A DNA stretch of 64,000 nucleotides from positions 745,786 through 809,785 of the forward strand of contig OZ219860.1 in assembly GCA_964291545.2 (NCBI GenBank), read 5' to 3'. The translations under genes were made by a program, and so were the position numbers. This DNA is from Dehalococcoidia bacterium (lineage in GTDB: Bacteria; Chloroflexota; Dehalococcoidia; Lucifugimonadales; UBA3495). The notes beneath the pieces are model-generated. The model was not told the origin of the DNA, did not search any database, and worked only from the letters and a program-made list of their open reading frames with translations. Shown here piece by piece: positions 27,716-36,946 of this stretch (positions are counted from its first letter, which is position 1; each line of letters opens with the position of its first letter).

Positions 27716-29068
27716 TTACTCTTCTGCCTGTTCGGAGCGGGCAACGGTCAATATCAGCCCGTCAACCTTGCGCACTTCGACCGTTTCCCCCTCGTTAATC
27801 ACGTTACCATCCTCGCTGATTGCTGTCCAGGTTTCGCTGCGCACTCTCACCGCCCCCCTGGGCGCCAGCGTCGCCGTCACCGTCCCATTCATGCCTTCCA
27901 GCGGTGGGCTCAACGGCGTCCTGCCTCCCCGCCTCGACTGGTAGATCATCCACACCGTGAACCCCAAAGTCAGCCCCAAGGCGCCCGATACTCCTCCCAC
28001 CAGCCAGCGGTTTACCTCCGTCTCTGGCATGGTCGGCGGTTCTCCCCCAAACAGTATCACCGCACCCACTATGAAGCTCACGATTGCCCCAACTCCCAGC
28101 ACCCCGAATCCCGCCACTACTATCTCCAGCGCCGCTAGGGCGAACGCCAGCAGCAAAAAAGCCACACCGGCCCAACTCACCGGCAGGTTCCCGAACGCCA
28201 CAAACGCCAACAGCAGCGCAATCACGCCAACCACCCCTGGTGCAATCAGCCCCGGATTGAAGAGTTCTATGACTATCCCCAATCCGCCTATCGAAAACAA
28301 GATAAACGAAACGTTGGGGTCCGAAATAAACTCCAGGAAATTCTCCAGCAGGTTCTTGTTCAGCCTCCGCTCCGTCAGACCCTCCGTCTCCAGGGTATGT
28401 GTCCCCGAACTCGTCTCCACCACCCGGCCGTCGAGCTGCCCCAGCAGGTCCTCCAGGTCGTCCGCTATGAAGTCCACCACGTTCAGGTCCACCGCCTCTA
28501 TCGCGCTGAACGACGCCGCCTCCCTCACTGTCTTCTCCAGCGCATCCTCGTTCCGCCCCCGTTCCTGTGCGATGCTGCGGATGAACGCCGCAGTATCGTT
28601 CTCCACCTTGCTCACCAGCGTATCTCCCAAGTCCTCCCCCGTGCCCGAAACAGGCGTCGCCGCCCCAATGTTCGTCCCCGGAGCCATCACCGCGAAATGC
28701 GCCGCCGCAGTGATGAACGTTCCCGCCGACCCCGCCTGCGCCCCCTGTGGCGACACATAGACCGACACCGGCACAGCGGAACCCAGCAACTCCTCCACAA
28801 TGTTCCGCGTCGAGTCCAGGAGGCCCCCCGGCGTGTCCAACTCCACTACCAGCAGCGCCGCTCCATCCTCTTCGGCTCTGCCTATCGCCCGGGAAATAAA
28901 CCGCTCCTTCACCCCGTTTATCGTCCCATCCACCCGGATAACCACCACCCCCGGGTCCTCTCCTTGCGCTGCCGCGCGGCCCAACAACGGCCCTGCCGCC
29001 GCCAGCAAAATCAGCGCCAGGCAAAAAACTCTGAACGCCCTAATCCCAGTCAAGGTCATACCAACCAC
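27716..29068 (-). CDS. NfeD-family membrane-bound protease (ClpP-class N-terminal domain, TM region, C-terminal OB domain)
   Basis: Signal sequence, VIRVDGTINGV...LLVVELDTPGGL...AGSAGTFI, a central block of about five TM segments, and C-terminal GTVTATLAPRGAVRVRSETWTA. It sits immediately upstream of the SPFH gene, the canonical pairing. Confidence 0.85.
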   Translation of the reverse strand: MVGMTLTGIRAFRVFCLALILLAAAGPLLGRAAAQGEDPGVVVIRVDGTINGVKERFISRAIGRAEEDGAALLVVELDTPGGLLDSTRNIVEELLGSAVPVSVYVSPQGAQAGSAGTFITAAAHFAVMAPGTNIGAATPVSGTGEDLGDTLVSKVENDTAAFIRSIAQERGRNEDALEKTVREAASFSAIEAVDLNVVDFIADDLEDLLGQLDGRVVETSSGTHTLETEGLTERRLNKNLLENFLEFISDPNVSFILFSIGGLGIVIELFNPGLIAPGVVGVIALLLAFVAFGNLPVSWAGVAFLLLAFALAALEIVVAGFGVLGVGAIVSFIVGAVILFGGEPPTMPETEVNRWLVGGVSGALGLTLGFTVWMIYQSRRGGRTPLSPPLEGMNGTVTATLAPRGAVRVRSETWTAISEDGNVINEGETVEVRKVDGLILTVARSEQAEE

Positions 29069-29154
29069 AAAACCCCGAACGCGCCATTCATCCTCATAAC
29101 CCTATGGTATCACCCCGTCCACCGAGCAACCCGTGCTTCCCCTGCGCCCAGCGC

Positions 29155-29330
29155 TCCCAACCCGTCATTCCGGCCCCCGAGCCGGAATCCAGAGCGCCTG
29201 TCCACCAACATCGTGGCCCTCCCGCCAGCACCTCGCCCGCTCCCGCATCAAACACATATCCTAACCTGGGCCTCGGCTGTCCGTTCGTACTGAGGTTCTC
29301 GAAGGGGGAACGGACAGCCGCCGCTCTGCT
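29155..29330. repeat. intergenic repeat unit (GTCATTCCGGC module plus hairpin module)
   Basis: gtcattccggcccccgagccggaatccagagcgcctgtccaccaacatcgtggc ... ggctgtccgttcgtactgaggttctcgaagggggaacggacagcc. Confidence 0.85.
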
Positions 29331-29348
29331 ACGAGCTTCCCCACACCC

Positions 29349-30359
29349 CTACGGGTTCAACTCCCGGTTCGGATAAGCATCCACCCCATGCCGCTCGAAC
29401 ACCTCGTCTATCCTCCGCATATCCTCCCCCGAAAGCGCCCAGCCCAGAAACCCCAGATTCTCTTCCAATTCCGCAACCGTCAAGCTCCCCACCAAAGCCG
29501 AATCCACCGCGCCCGAGGCCAATGCCCACCGAATGGCCAACTGCGCCATCGTCTTCCCCCGGTTCTCCGCGATTGGCTTCAAGTCCTCCACCAGCTTCAC
29601 GTACCGTTCCCTGCGGTCATGTTCCAATATCCCCGCCTCCCAGTCCGGGCTGCCGCCCCTGTCCCGATAATCGTCCCCTCCGAACCTCGTGTCGGCGGCC
29701 CAGGTGCCCGACAGCATGCCGAAGCCCATCGTCCCCCAGATCATCACGCCGATGCCCCGCTCCCGGCAATACGGAAAAACGTCCAGTTCCCTCCGCCGGT
29801 CCAGCATGTTGTAGTCATACTGCACCACGTCCACCCGCCTCGCCGCCTCGCACTCTTTCAACTGCTCCAGCGTAAAGTTCGACACTCCGATCGCCCGCAC
29901 CTTTCCTTCCCGAACCGCCGAGTCCATCGCCTCCATCGTCTCCGCGAAGGGCGTGTAAACGTCCGGCGCATGCACCTGCAGCACGTCTATGTAGTCCGTC
30001 TGCAGCCGCTGCAGGCTCCGGTCCACCAGCGGCAGAATCGCCTCCCTTCTGCCGTCCCGGCCGCCCGGCCTGCCCACCTGCGATCCCTCGAACCCTAGGC
30101 CGCACATCGTCACCACCACCACGTCCTTGCGCCGAGCCCCCAGCGCCCTTCCCAGCATGATCTCCGAGTCTCCCGATGCGTAGTGGGGAGCCGTATGAAA
30201 GCAGGTTATTCCCGAGTCGATAGCCCGGTTCACCATGCCGATCATATGGCCAATGTACTCTTCGCCCCAGGGCTCACGATTAGGCTTCGTATAGTCAAAA
30301 CACCCAAACCCCAAGACTGAAGTCGTCAACCCCGTCGGTCCCAGCTTGCGGTATTCCAT
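29349..30359 (-). CDS. aldo/keto reductase
   Basis: MEYRKLGPTGLTTSVLGFGC N-terminus and the YASGDSEIMLGRAL pattern, in a 336-aa product. Confidence 0.88.
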   Translation of the reverse strand: MEYRKLGPTGLTTSVLGFGCFDYTKPNREPWGEEYIGHMIGMVNRAIDSGITCFHTAPHYASGDSEIMLGRALGARRKDVVVVTMCGLGFEGSQVGRPGGRDGRREAILPLVDRSLQRLQTDYIDVLQVHAPDVYTPFAETMEAMDSAVREGKVRAIGVSNFTLEQLKECEAARRVDVVQYDYNMLDRRRELDVFPYCRERGIGVMIWGTMGFGMLSGTWAADTRFGGDDYRDRGGSPDWEAGILEHDRRERYVKLVEDLKPIAENRGKTMAQLAIRWALASGAVDSALVGSLTVAELEENLGFLGWALSGEDMRRIDEVFERHGVDAYPNRELNP

Positions 30360-30589
30360 TGGTCAATTCCTCCTACCGGCCCCCGGAAATTCCGGACGAA
30401 ACCCCGTCCCGCCCAACCTCCCTGGACCCGCCGCAGTATAACGTCAATCGACTTGACATAAAAGAATCGACCGGAGTCCGCACCCCCATTGCTTGCCGAT
30501 TCGGTTCCGACCCCTGCGGGCCAAACATCGCAGATGGTACAAAGTCCAGGACTGAGCCGGTCAGGTAGGGCAAGCCATTCCCTAGCCCG

Positions 30590-30800
30590 CAACGAGGTAC
30601 CCGTTCGTCCCGAGCCTGTCCTGAGGCTCTCAAAGGGCCCGCCCCGAGGCTCTCGAAGGGCGCGCGGACAGCCGGCGGCACCCGCCGCGGTGACCCAGCG
30701 CCATCGTCACCAACCCGTCATTCCGGCCCCCGAGCCGGAATCCAGAGCGCCTGTCCACCAACATCGTGGCCTTCCCGCCAACACCCCGCCCCCTCATCCT
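30590..30800. repeat. intergenic repeat unit (hairpin-type module followed by GTCATTCCGGC module)
   Basis: cgttcgtcccgagcctgtcctgaggctctcaaaggg...ctctcgaagggcgcgcggacagcc, then gtcattccggcccccgagccggaatccagagcgcctgtccaccaacatcgtggc. Confidence 0.8.
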
Positions 30801-30960
30801 GAGGCTCTCGTTGGGACCTTGTTCCCGCGCAGCATCTCCCGCTACCGGTCCGGCAGTGGCCGCAAGCGGAGACGCAACCGCCGCCGCGTGGTACATTAGC
30901 GCGCGGTTCGGCTTCACCCACCTAACCGAAGAATAGACAGCTAATCAGGGAGTAAAGACG

Positions 30961-31728
30961 ATGGCAGGTATGTTGGAAGGCAAGGTTTCGCTGGTCACCG
31001 GCGCAGCGTCGGGCATCGGCCGGGCTACGTCGCTGGTCATGTCCCGCGAGGGCGCTACCGTAGTGGTGTCGGACATCGACGCCGACGGCGCCGAGGAAAC
31101 TCTCAGCGCCATCGAGGCCGCCGGCGGCGACGGAATTGTCGTCCGCGCCGATGTGGCCCGCTCAGACGATGTGGCCGCGCTGGTCGAGAAAGTCGTGTCG
31201 GCTTACGGACGGTTGGACTGTGCCTTCAACAACGCCGGCGTAGAGGGCCACATGACCGGGCGTGTCCACGAGTACCCGAAAGACCAGTGGGACCGGCTCA
31301 TCGAAATCAACCTCACCGGTGTGTGGCTCTGCATGAAGTACGAAATTCCCCAAATGTTGCACCAGGGCGGCGGCGCCATCGTCAACACCGGGTCGGCAGC
31401 AGCGTTCATCGGTGCCAGGCGGATGGCGGCCTATGTCGCCAGCAAGCACGCCGTGGCGGGACTCACCAAGACCGCCGCGCTGGAATACGCCCTGGACGGC
31501 ATCCGGGTCAACGCCGTCTGTCCCGGCATGACCGACACGCCCTTGATGGGCCGCCTCCTCACCGACCGGGATCAGGATTCCGAGGCTGATATTCCGTCCC
31601 GCCAACCCATCGGCCGGCTGGGCACTCCGGAAGAAATAGCCGAATCCGTAACCTGGCTCTGCTCCGACGCGGCATCCTTCGTCACCGGCCTGGCCATGGC
31701 CGTAGACGGCGGCCTCACCGCCCAGTAA
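30961..31728 (+). CDS. SDR-family oxidoreductase
   Basis: VTGAASGIGRA, NNAG, and YVASKHAV (YxxxK). Confidence 0.9.
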   Translation: MAGMLEGKVSLVTGAASGIGRATSLVMSREGATVVVSDIDADGAEETLSAIEAAGGDGIVVRADVARSDDVAALVEKVVSAYGRLDCAFNNAGVEGHMTGRVHEYPKDQWDRLIEINLTGVWLCMKYEIPQMLHQGGGAIVNTGSAAAFIGARRMAAYVASKHAVAGLTKTAALEYALDGIRVNAVCPGMTDTPLMGRLLTDRDQDSEADIPSRQPIGRLGTPEEIAESVTWLCSDAASFVTGLAMAVDGGLTAQ

Positions 31729-31770
31729 CCTACTCCTCCCTCAACCCCTCATTCCCGGAAGTGTCATTCC

Positions 31771-32817
31771 TGTAGATGTCAGATAATTCGTTGACAGAAT
31801 AGCATGGGACAAATAGCTATTCTGGAGGCGAGGATGCGTAACAACAGCAATGACCGTACAGTGGAACGAAACTATGTCCAGAAGTGGCGGTTTCTCATCC
31901 GGGAGTACCAACAAGTCAAGGCGAAGGAACACCCCAGGTTCCGCTTCGTCCAGGACTTCTACAACTTCCACGGCACCAACCGACAGACCTTTGCCAAGTA
32001 TTACAACCGCTACAAGCAAGATGGTAGTGACCTAGCTCTACTGCCTCTCAAGCGCGGCCCCAGGTGGAAGAGCCGCCGCACGCTGCCTTTCATAGAGGAG
32101 AAGGTGCTGGAGCTAAGGCGTAAAGGTATAAATCGGTATGAGATATATGCGATACTCCAGCCGGTACTGAAGTCCCGCACTCCTGCGCCATCCACCATCT
32201 ACGCTATCAGCCGGCGTCATAACCTGAACAAGTTGACCAAACCCATGGAACAGTCCAAAAGAAGGATCATCAAGGCCAGGGCAGGAGAGTTGGGGCATCT
32301 GGACTGCCACCATCTGAGCAAGGACCTGATCCTGGGCGCCAGACAGCGCTACTACCTGGTGTCTCTGCTGGACTCCTGCACCCGCCTGGCCTGGGCGGAG
32401 GTGGTGGAGGACATAAAGAGCCTGAGCGTGATGTTCGCCGCCCTAAAGAGCATCAACTTGCTGAATGCCGAGTACGGGGTGCGCTTTGAGGCCATACTCA
32501 CCGACAATGGCCCTGAGGTGGCCACCCACAAGAGTAAGGAGCAGCATCCCTTCGAGAGGATGCTAATGGAGCTGGGGATCAAGCACCGCTACACCAGGCC
32601 CTACAGACCCCAGACCAATGGCAAGGTCGAGCGCTTCTGGCGGACCCTCAACGAAGACCTCTTGGAAGGGACCACCTTCGAGTCCTTGGACGAGCTGAGG
32701 GATGAACTGATGCAGTACCTCCTCTACTACAACACCGAGAGACCCCACCAGGGCCTTGGAGGCAACACTCCACTGCAAACCTTGCAAAATCTGTCAATGA
32801 ATTAGCTAACACATACA
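31771..32817 (+). mobile_element. IS481-family insertion sequence, copy B (1047 bp), flanked by ATTCC duplication
   Basis: The ends are tgtagatgtcagataattcgttgacag ... ctgtcaatgaattagctaacacataca. The flanks read gtcATTCC|IS|ATTCCgagcgaagccgaggaatc. Confidence 0.85.
31804..32805 (+). CDS. IS481-family transposase (rve integrase-core DDE)
   Basis: The 333-aa product is identical to the 19858..20859 product except for one D/E residue. Confidence 0.9.
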   Translation: MGQIAILEARMRNNSNDRTVERNYVQKWRFLIREYQQVKAKEHPRFRFVQDFYNFHGTNRQTFAKYYNRYKQDGSDLALLPLKRGPRWKSRRTLPFIEEKVLELRRKGINRYEIYAILQPVLKSRTPAPSTIYAISRRHNLNKLTKPMEQSKRRIIKARAGELGHLDCHHLSKDLILGARQRYYLVSLLDSCTRLAWAEVVEDIKSLSVMFAALKSINLLNAEYGVRFEAILTDNGPEVATHKSKEQHPFERMLMELGIKHRYTRPYRPQTNGKVERFWRTLNEDLLEGTTFESLDELRDELMQYLLYYNTERPHQGLGGNTPLQTLQNLSMN

Positions 32818-33173
32818 ATTCCGAGCGAAGCCGAGGAATCTCACATCCCTGGCTGCCAGCCAGCCGATGGGCGCGTTTGACCCCCGCCCCAACTGTCATT
32901 CCGAGCGCAGTCGAGGAATCTTAAAACCCTGGGTGCCAGCCAGCCGATGGACGCGTTTGAACCCCCCGCCCCAACTGTCATTCCGAGCGCAGTCGAAGAA
33001 TCTAAGAACCCTGGGTGCCAGCCGGCCGATGGGCGCGTTTGAACCCCCTGCCCCAACTGTCATTTCGAGCGAAGCCGAGGAGTCTCAAATCCCTGCCTAC
33101 CACCTAGGTCATGCCACCGCGCACACTCCGCACATCCACCCGTCATTCCCGTGCAGACGGGAATCTAAAATCC
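32818..33173. repeat. tandem array of about 80-83-bp units (4-5 copies), each starting with a GTCATTCC module
   Basis: Module starts are at 32815 (virtual, IS-interrupted), 32895, 32977, 33059 and 33142. The first three units share ccctgg.tgccagcc.gccgatgg.cgcgtttga.cccc.gccccaact. Confidence 0.85.
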
Positions 33174-33390
33174 CCCTACCACCCAGGTCCTACCCCCCAA
33201 CCTATCATTCCCCCCAGCACCACAAGCCCGCTGCCTGGCCCGAGACGAGCCCGTCCGTTCGTCCTGAGGGAAATCGAAGGGGGAACGGACGGGCTGGGGA
33301 TTTGTGGGCCGCACCCCCTCTCTCCGTGGAAATGCTATCATTGCCCAATATTTGTTGTGGCCCCATTTCACTGGAACAGGAGCACTGACC

Positions 33391-34293
33391 ATGGCCGTTC
33401 CATCCCAGCAAGATTTGCATCGTCCAATCCTAGAAATCACGAGGGAAGCAGACGATGAGATAATTTCTCTCCAGCAAATCAAGGGCGCGCTTATACAGCG
33501 GTTCTCGCTTGATGACACAGACTTGGCGGAAAGAGTACCGTCAGGTCAAAGTAGATTCACCAATCGCGTATATTGGGCAGTGTCGTACTTGAGACGTGCA
33601 GGGTTGTTAAAATCACCGTCAAAAGCTCGCTTTCTAATGACTGAGTCTGGGCTCAAGATTCTCGCGAGCCAGTCCGGGGACATCAGAGCCGCCCAACTGC
33701 AAGCCTTGATTGACGCAAACACTCAAGAAACTCATCGAACTGTTGAGGAAACCGGGCAACTCGGCGAGGCAAATGGTGTTACGCCCGACGAACAGGTGGC
33801 GGCCCTTCATGCCGAACTGAACGACAAACTGATAGACGAACTACTGGATAACGTTCGAAACGTGTCACCTGATCAGTTTGAACGATTGATGGTCCGCCTA
33901 CTTGAGAAGATGGGTTATGGAAAAGGTGAGGTAGAAGGGCGACCAGGAGATGGCGGAATCGACGGGATAATTCACCAAGACCGGCTTGGATTAGAAAAAG
34001 TCTATATCCAGGCTAAACGCTGGCAGTCCGACGTTGGTGAACCCGAGATACGCAACTTCTCCGGCAGCCTGCAAGCCAAAGGCGCTAGCAGGGGCGTCTT
34101 CATTACTACTTCCAACTTCGGCCCAAAAGCGCGGGAGACAGCCGCCCGGATCTCTGCCGGACCTCAATTCATACGCCTTATCCCTGGTGCTGAGCTCTCT
34201 CGTTTGATGATTGAATATGATGTTGGCGTTGTAACCGAAACCACCTACTCTGTGAAGAAGGTGGATGAGAACTATTTTTCTGAAGACCTCTAA
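33391..34293 (+). CDS. mrr: Mrr-family type IV restriction endonuclease (Mrr_N winged helix plus Mrr_cat)
   Basis: N-terminal region: LHRPILE...RFTNRVYWAVSYLRRAGLL. Nuclease core: FERLMVRLLEKMGYG...GDGGIDGI...EKVYIQAKRW (D-(E/Q)xK). GC is visibly lower than in the surroundings. The start is set at ATG 33391. Confidence 0.85.
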   Translation: MAVPSQQDLHRPILEITREADDEIISLQQIKGALIQRFSLDDTDLAERVPSGQSRFTNRVYWAVSYLRRAGLLKSPSKARFLMTESGLKILASQSGDIRAAQLQALIDANTQETHRTVEETGQLGEANGVTPDEQVAALHAELNDKLIDELLDNVRNVSPDQFERLMVRLLEKMGYGKGEVEGRPGDGGIDGIIHQDRLGLEKVYIQAKRWQSDVGEPEIRNFSGSLQAKGASRGVFITTSNFGPKARETAARISAGPQFIRLIPGAELSRLMIEYDVGVVTETTYSVKKVDENYFSEDL

Positions 34294-34530
34294 CGCCGAT
34301 ATTAGTACAACAGGCCAACAGAGGGGTGTTCACTCCGTAACTAACATCGCCACTAACGGTCTAGGTGCAGAACCGTAAGCGATCCCAGAACCTCTTCTTC
34401 GGTCTGCCCCCCAAAACTACTGTCATTTCCCCCCTTGCGCCTCCCCCAACCCACCCCCTACCATATCTACAGGCAGCCAAAATTCGTTGCCCAAACCTAT
34501 CAACGGCCACTGAGGCCCCGATGTCCCAAA

Positions 34531-34953
34531 ATGTCTCAAGATGTCCCAGTTGGCAAGAAACCGTCCGTAGCCGCCCGCCAGCAGTCCGTACTCCCCATCC
34601 TCGCTTCCTCTCCCTCCATATCCCAGGCCGCGCGCGCCGTCGGCATTAACCGCCGCACCCTCACCCGCTGGCTCCAGGACCCCGACTTCCGAGACCAGCT
34701 TGCCGAGCTGCAACGCCAGCGCGCCGAACTCGCCAAGGGCTGCCTCCAGGACCTCAGTCTCCAGGCCGTCGCAGGCCTCGTCGAATACCTGCAGGTTCCC
34801 AACCTGGAGATGCGCCTCAAAGCCATCCGCACCATCCTCGAATACTCCGGCAAAGTCGGCGATATCCAGGACCTCAAGGACCAAATCCAAGCTCTCGAGA
34901 CCTCCCTGCCCCTATGGGCCGACCACGCCAAGCCCCGCCGCTCCAACTACTGA
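34531..34953 (+). CDS. hypothetical protein with a probable helix-turn-helix
   Basis: ISQAARAVGINRRTLTRWLQDP is HTH-like, followed by a coiled-coil-like C-terminal half. The start is uncertain. Confidence 0.4.
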   Translation: MSQDVPVGKKPSVAARQQSVLPILASSPSISQAARAVGINRRTLTRWLQDPDFRDQLAELQRQRAELAKGCLQDLSLQAVAGLVEYLQVPNLEMRLKAIRTILEYSGKVGDIQDLKDQIQALETSLPLWADHAKPRRSNY

Positions 34954-34995
34954 CCATGAATACCCCATCCCAATCCCCGGCCGGGTAGGTCATCC

Positions 34996-35310
34996 ATGAG
35001 CGTCTCCTCCCTCCAAAACCGCGTCAACTGCCTGCGCCGCAAAATGGCCCTCCCCTACGCCCACCTCGTGTTGCAGAACCTCTGCTGCGACTTCTGCATC
35101 GACTGGGCCCGTGCCAAGTCCGACAAGCGCCCCACCCCCTCTGCCCAGTCCTTCGCCCTGCGCGTCGCCGGGGCCGGCTTCCATCTCCCTACCTTCTCCG
35201 CCGTCGTCCGCTACCTCGATAGCTGCGATTCGTCGGGCGAAGGCCCACTGCCCGGGCATCTCCTGAGCAACCTCTTCCCCAACTTTGAGTACCGCCCCGA
35301 CGTCGACTGA
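34996..35310 (+). CDS. hypothetical protein
   Basis: 104-aa Cys-rich ORF. No family was recognised. Confidence 0.3.
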   Translation: MSVSSLQNRVNCLRRKMALPYAHLVLQNLCCDFCIDWARAKSDKRPTPSAQSFALRVAGAGFHLPTFSAVVRYLDSCDSSGEGPLPGHLLSNLFPNFEYRPDVD

Positions 35311-35424
35311 CCACCCCCCTTGCCACCGCCGCGCCCCGCGGTTAGAGTAGGTAGCGCCCTGCCCGCCGCCCCTCAACACCCCACGCGGCGGCCCGCCTAC
35401 CGATACCTGCCGCTGGAGGCGCCC

Positions 35425-36519
35425 ATGCGCATGGACCCCGTCAATCTCTACGACTACGAAGCCCGCGCCAAGCAGGTCCTTCCCGGCGCCGTCTGGGACT
35501 TCATCGACGCCGGCGCCATGGACGAAATAACCACCCGCCGCAACCGCACCGCCTTCGAAGACCTAACCCTCCGCCCCCGCTTTCTCCGCGACATCTCGAA
35601 GCGCTCCCTCGCCACCACCCTACTCGGCCAGCCCGTCAGCCTCCCCGTATTTGCCTGCCCCGCCGGGATGCACAAGAACGCCCACCCCGACGGCGAATTG
35701 GCCACCGCCCGCGGCGCTGGCATGTCCGGCGCGCTCATGATTCTCGCCAACTCCTCCGCCTACAGCATGGAAGAGGTCGCCCAGGCCGCTTCCGGCCCCC
35801 TCTGGTTCCAGACCTACCAACGAGGCTGGGACATCAGCGAGATGCTCGTCCGCCGGGCCGAGGACGCCGGATTTCAGGCCATCTGCCTCACCGTCGACAC
35901 CCCCGTCGCCAGCCCCAAGGAACGCGACGTCCGCAACAACTACCAGCGCCCCTTCCCCCTCGGCAACTTCCGCGGCGTCCCCGATGCCCAGACCGCCGCC
36001 TTTCTCGACGAGTCCCATGTCTGGGACGACGCCACGTCCCCGCCCATAACCTGGGGCGAACTCGAACGTTTCCGCTCCCTCTCTAACCTTCCCCTGGTGC
36101 TCAAAGGTATCGCCACCGCCGAGGACGCTAACTTGGCTGTCGAGCACGGCGTCGACGCCATCCTCGTCTCCACCCACGGCGGACGCCAGATGGACGGCAC
36201 CATGGGCGCCATCGAAATGCTCCCCGAAATCGTCCAGGCCGCCGCCGGACGCGCCGAGGTCTACGTCGACTCCGGCATCCGCCGCGGCAGCGACGTCGTC
36301 AAGGCTCTGGCCCTCGGCGCACGAGCCGTCGGCATCGGCCGCCCCCTTTTCTGGGGCCTCGCCGTAGACGGCGCAGACGGAGTCCACGGCGTCTTCGAGA
36401 CCCTCCGCACCGAACTCGACCGCTGCATGGCCTTCTGCGGCCAGACCGACGTCCAAGCCCTCGACCCAGCCCTCGTTAACATCTCCCTAAATTGGGGCCC
36501 CGGGACCACCGCCCCATGA
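35425..36519 (+). CDS. FMN-dependent alpha-hydroxy-acid dehydrogenase/oxidase (LldD/glycolate oxidase family)
   Basis: YDYEARAKQVLPGAVWDFIDAGA, VSTHGGRQMDG and VYVDSGIRRGSDVVKALALGA. The start is set at ATG 35425. Confidence 0.88.
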   Translation: MRMDPVNLYDYEARAKQVLPGAVWDFIDAGAMDEITTRRNRTAFEDLTLRPRFLRDISKRSLATTLLGQPVSLPVFACPAGMHKNAHPDGELATARGAGMSGALMILANSSAYSMEEVAQAASGPLWFQTYQRGWDISEMLVRRAEDAGFQAICLTVDTPVASPKERDVRNNYQRPFPLGNFRGVPDAQTAAFLDESHVWDDATSPPITWGELERFRSLSNLPLVLKGIATAEDANLAVEHGVDAILVSTHGGRQMDGTMGAIEMLPEIVQAAAGRAEVYVDSGIRRGSDVVKALALGARAVGIGRPLFWGLAVDGADGVHGVFETLRTELDRCMAFCGQTDVQALDPALVNISLNWGPGTTAP

Positions 36520-36539
36520 CCCAACCTAACCGACCCGTC

Positions 36540-36900
36540 CCCAGTACCGCGCCCCCCGACCCCCCCGTTCGCCCCGAACCCACGACTCCGTCCGTTCGTC
36601 CCGCACCTCCCAACCCTCCCGTTCGTCCTGGGCTCGTCCCTCCCCCTCCCGTTCGTCCTGAGGGAAATCGAAGGGCGAACACCGCACCCACCATCCTCCA
36701 GCCCACTCCTACCTTCCTCGCCCTCAAGCCGTCATTCCGAGCGCAGCCGAGGAATCTCAAATCCCTCGCTACCACCCAAGTCATGCCCGCACCCACCCCG
36801 TCCGTTCGTCCCGCGCCTCCCAACCCTCCCGTTCGTTCCGGGCTCGTCCATCCCCCGTCCGTTCGTCCTGAGGGAAATCGAAGGGCGAACAGCGCACCCA
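36540..36900. repeat. intergenic repeat cluster (degenerate hairpin-type modules either side of a GTCATTCC module at 36731-36764)
   Basis: Repeated ccgtccgttcgtcc.g and cccgttcgtcctgagggaaatcgaagggcgaaca motifs occur at about 36640-36690 and about 36860-36895. gtcattccgagcgcagccgaggaatctcaaatcc is also present. Confidence 0.8.
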
Positions 36901-36946
36901 ACCAAGCCAGTCAAGACCCCCCAATCCTAGCAGGAGCCACACCCCC

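Noticed and set aside
19846-32817. Composite transposon carrying accessory cargo
   Set aside because: The enclosed genes include apparent housekeeping functions (cysS, hpf). Each IS has its own intact target-module halves and its own 5-bp duplication, so two independent insertions is the simpler reading. This is kept only as an inversion or mobilisation possibility in the findings.
32818-33173. Possible CRISPR array (regular period of about 82 bp)
   Set aside because: The segments between the conserved modules are themselves conserved in the first three units. The repeat is the same T1 module that is scattered singly across the window. No cas genes or leader are present.
34531-35310. Prophage remnant (HTH protein as a terminase small subunit or excisionase)
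   Set aside because: The only support is a generic HTH and a coiled-coil. No other phage genes, integrase or attachment sites are present, so the evidence is insufficient.
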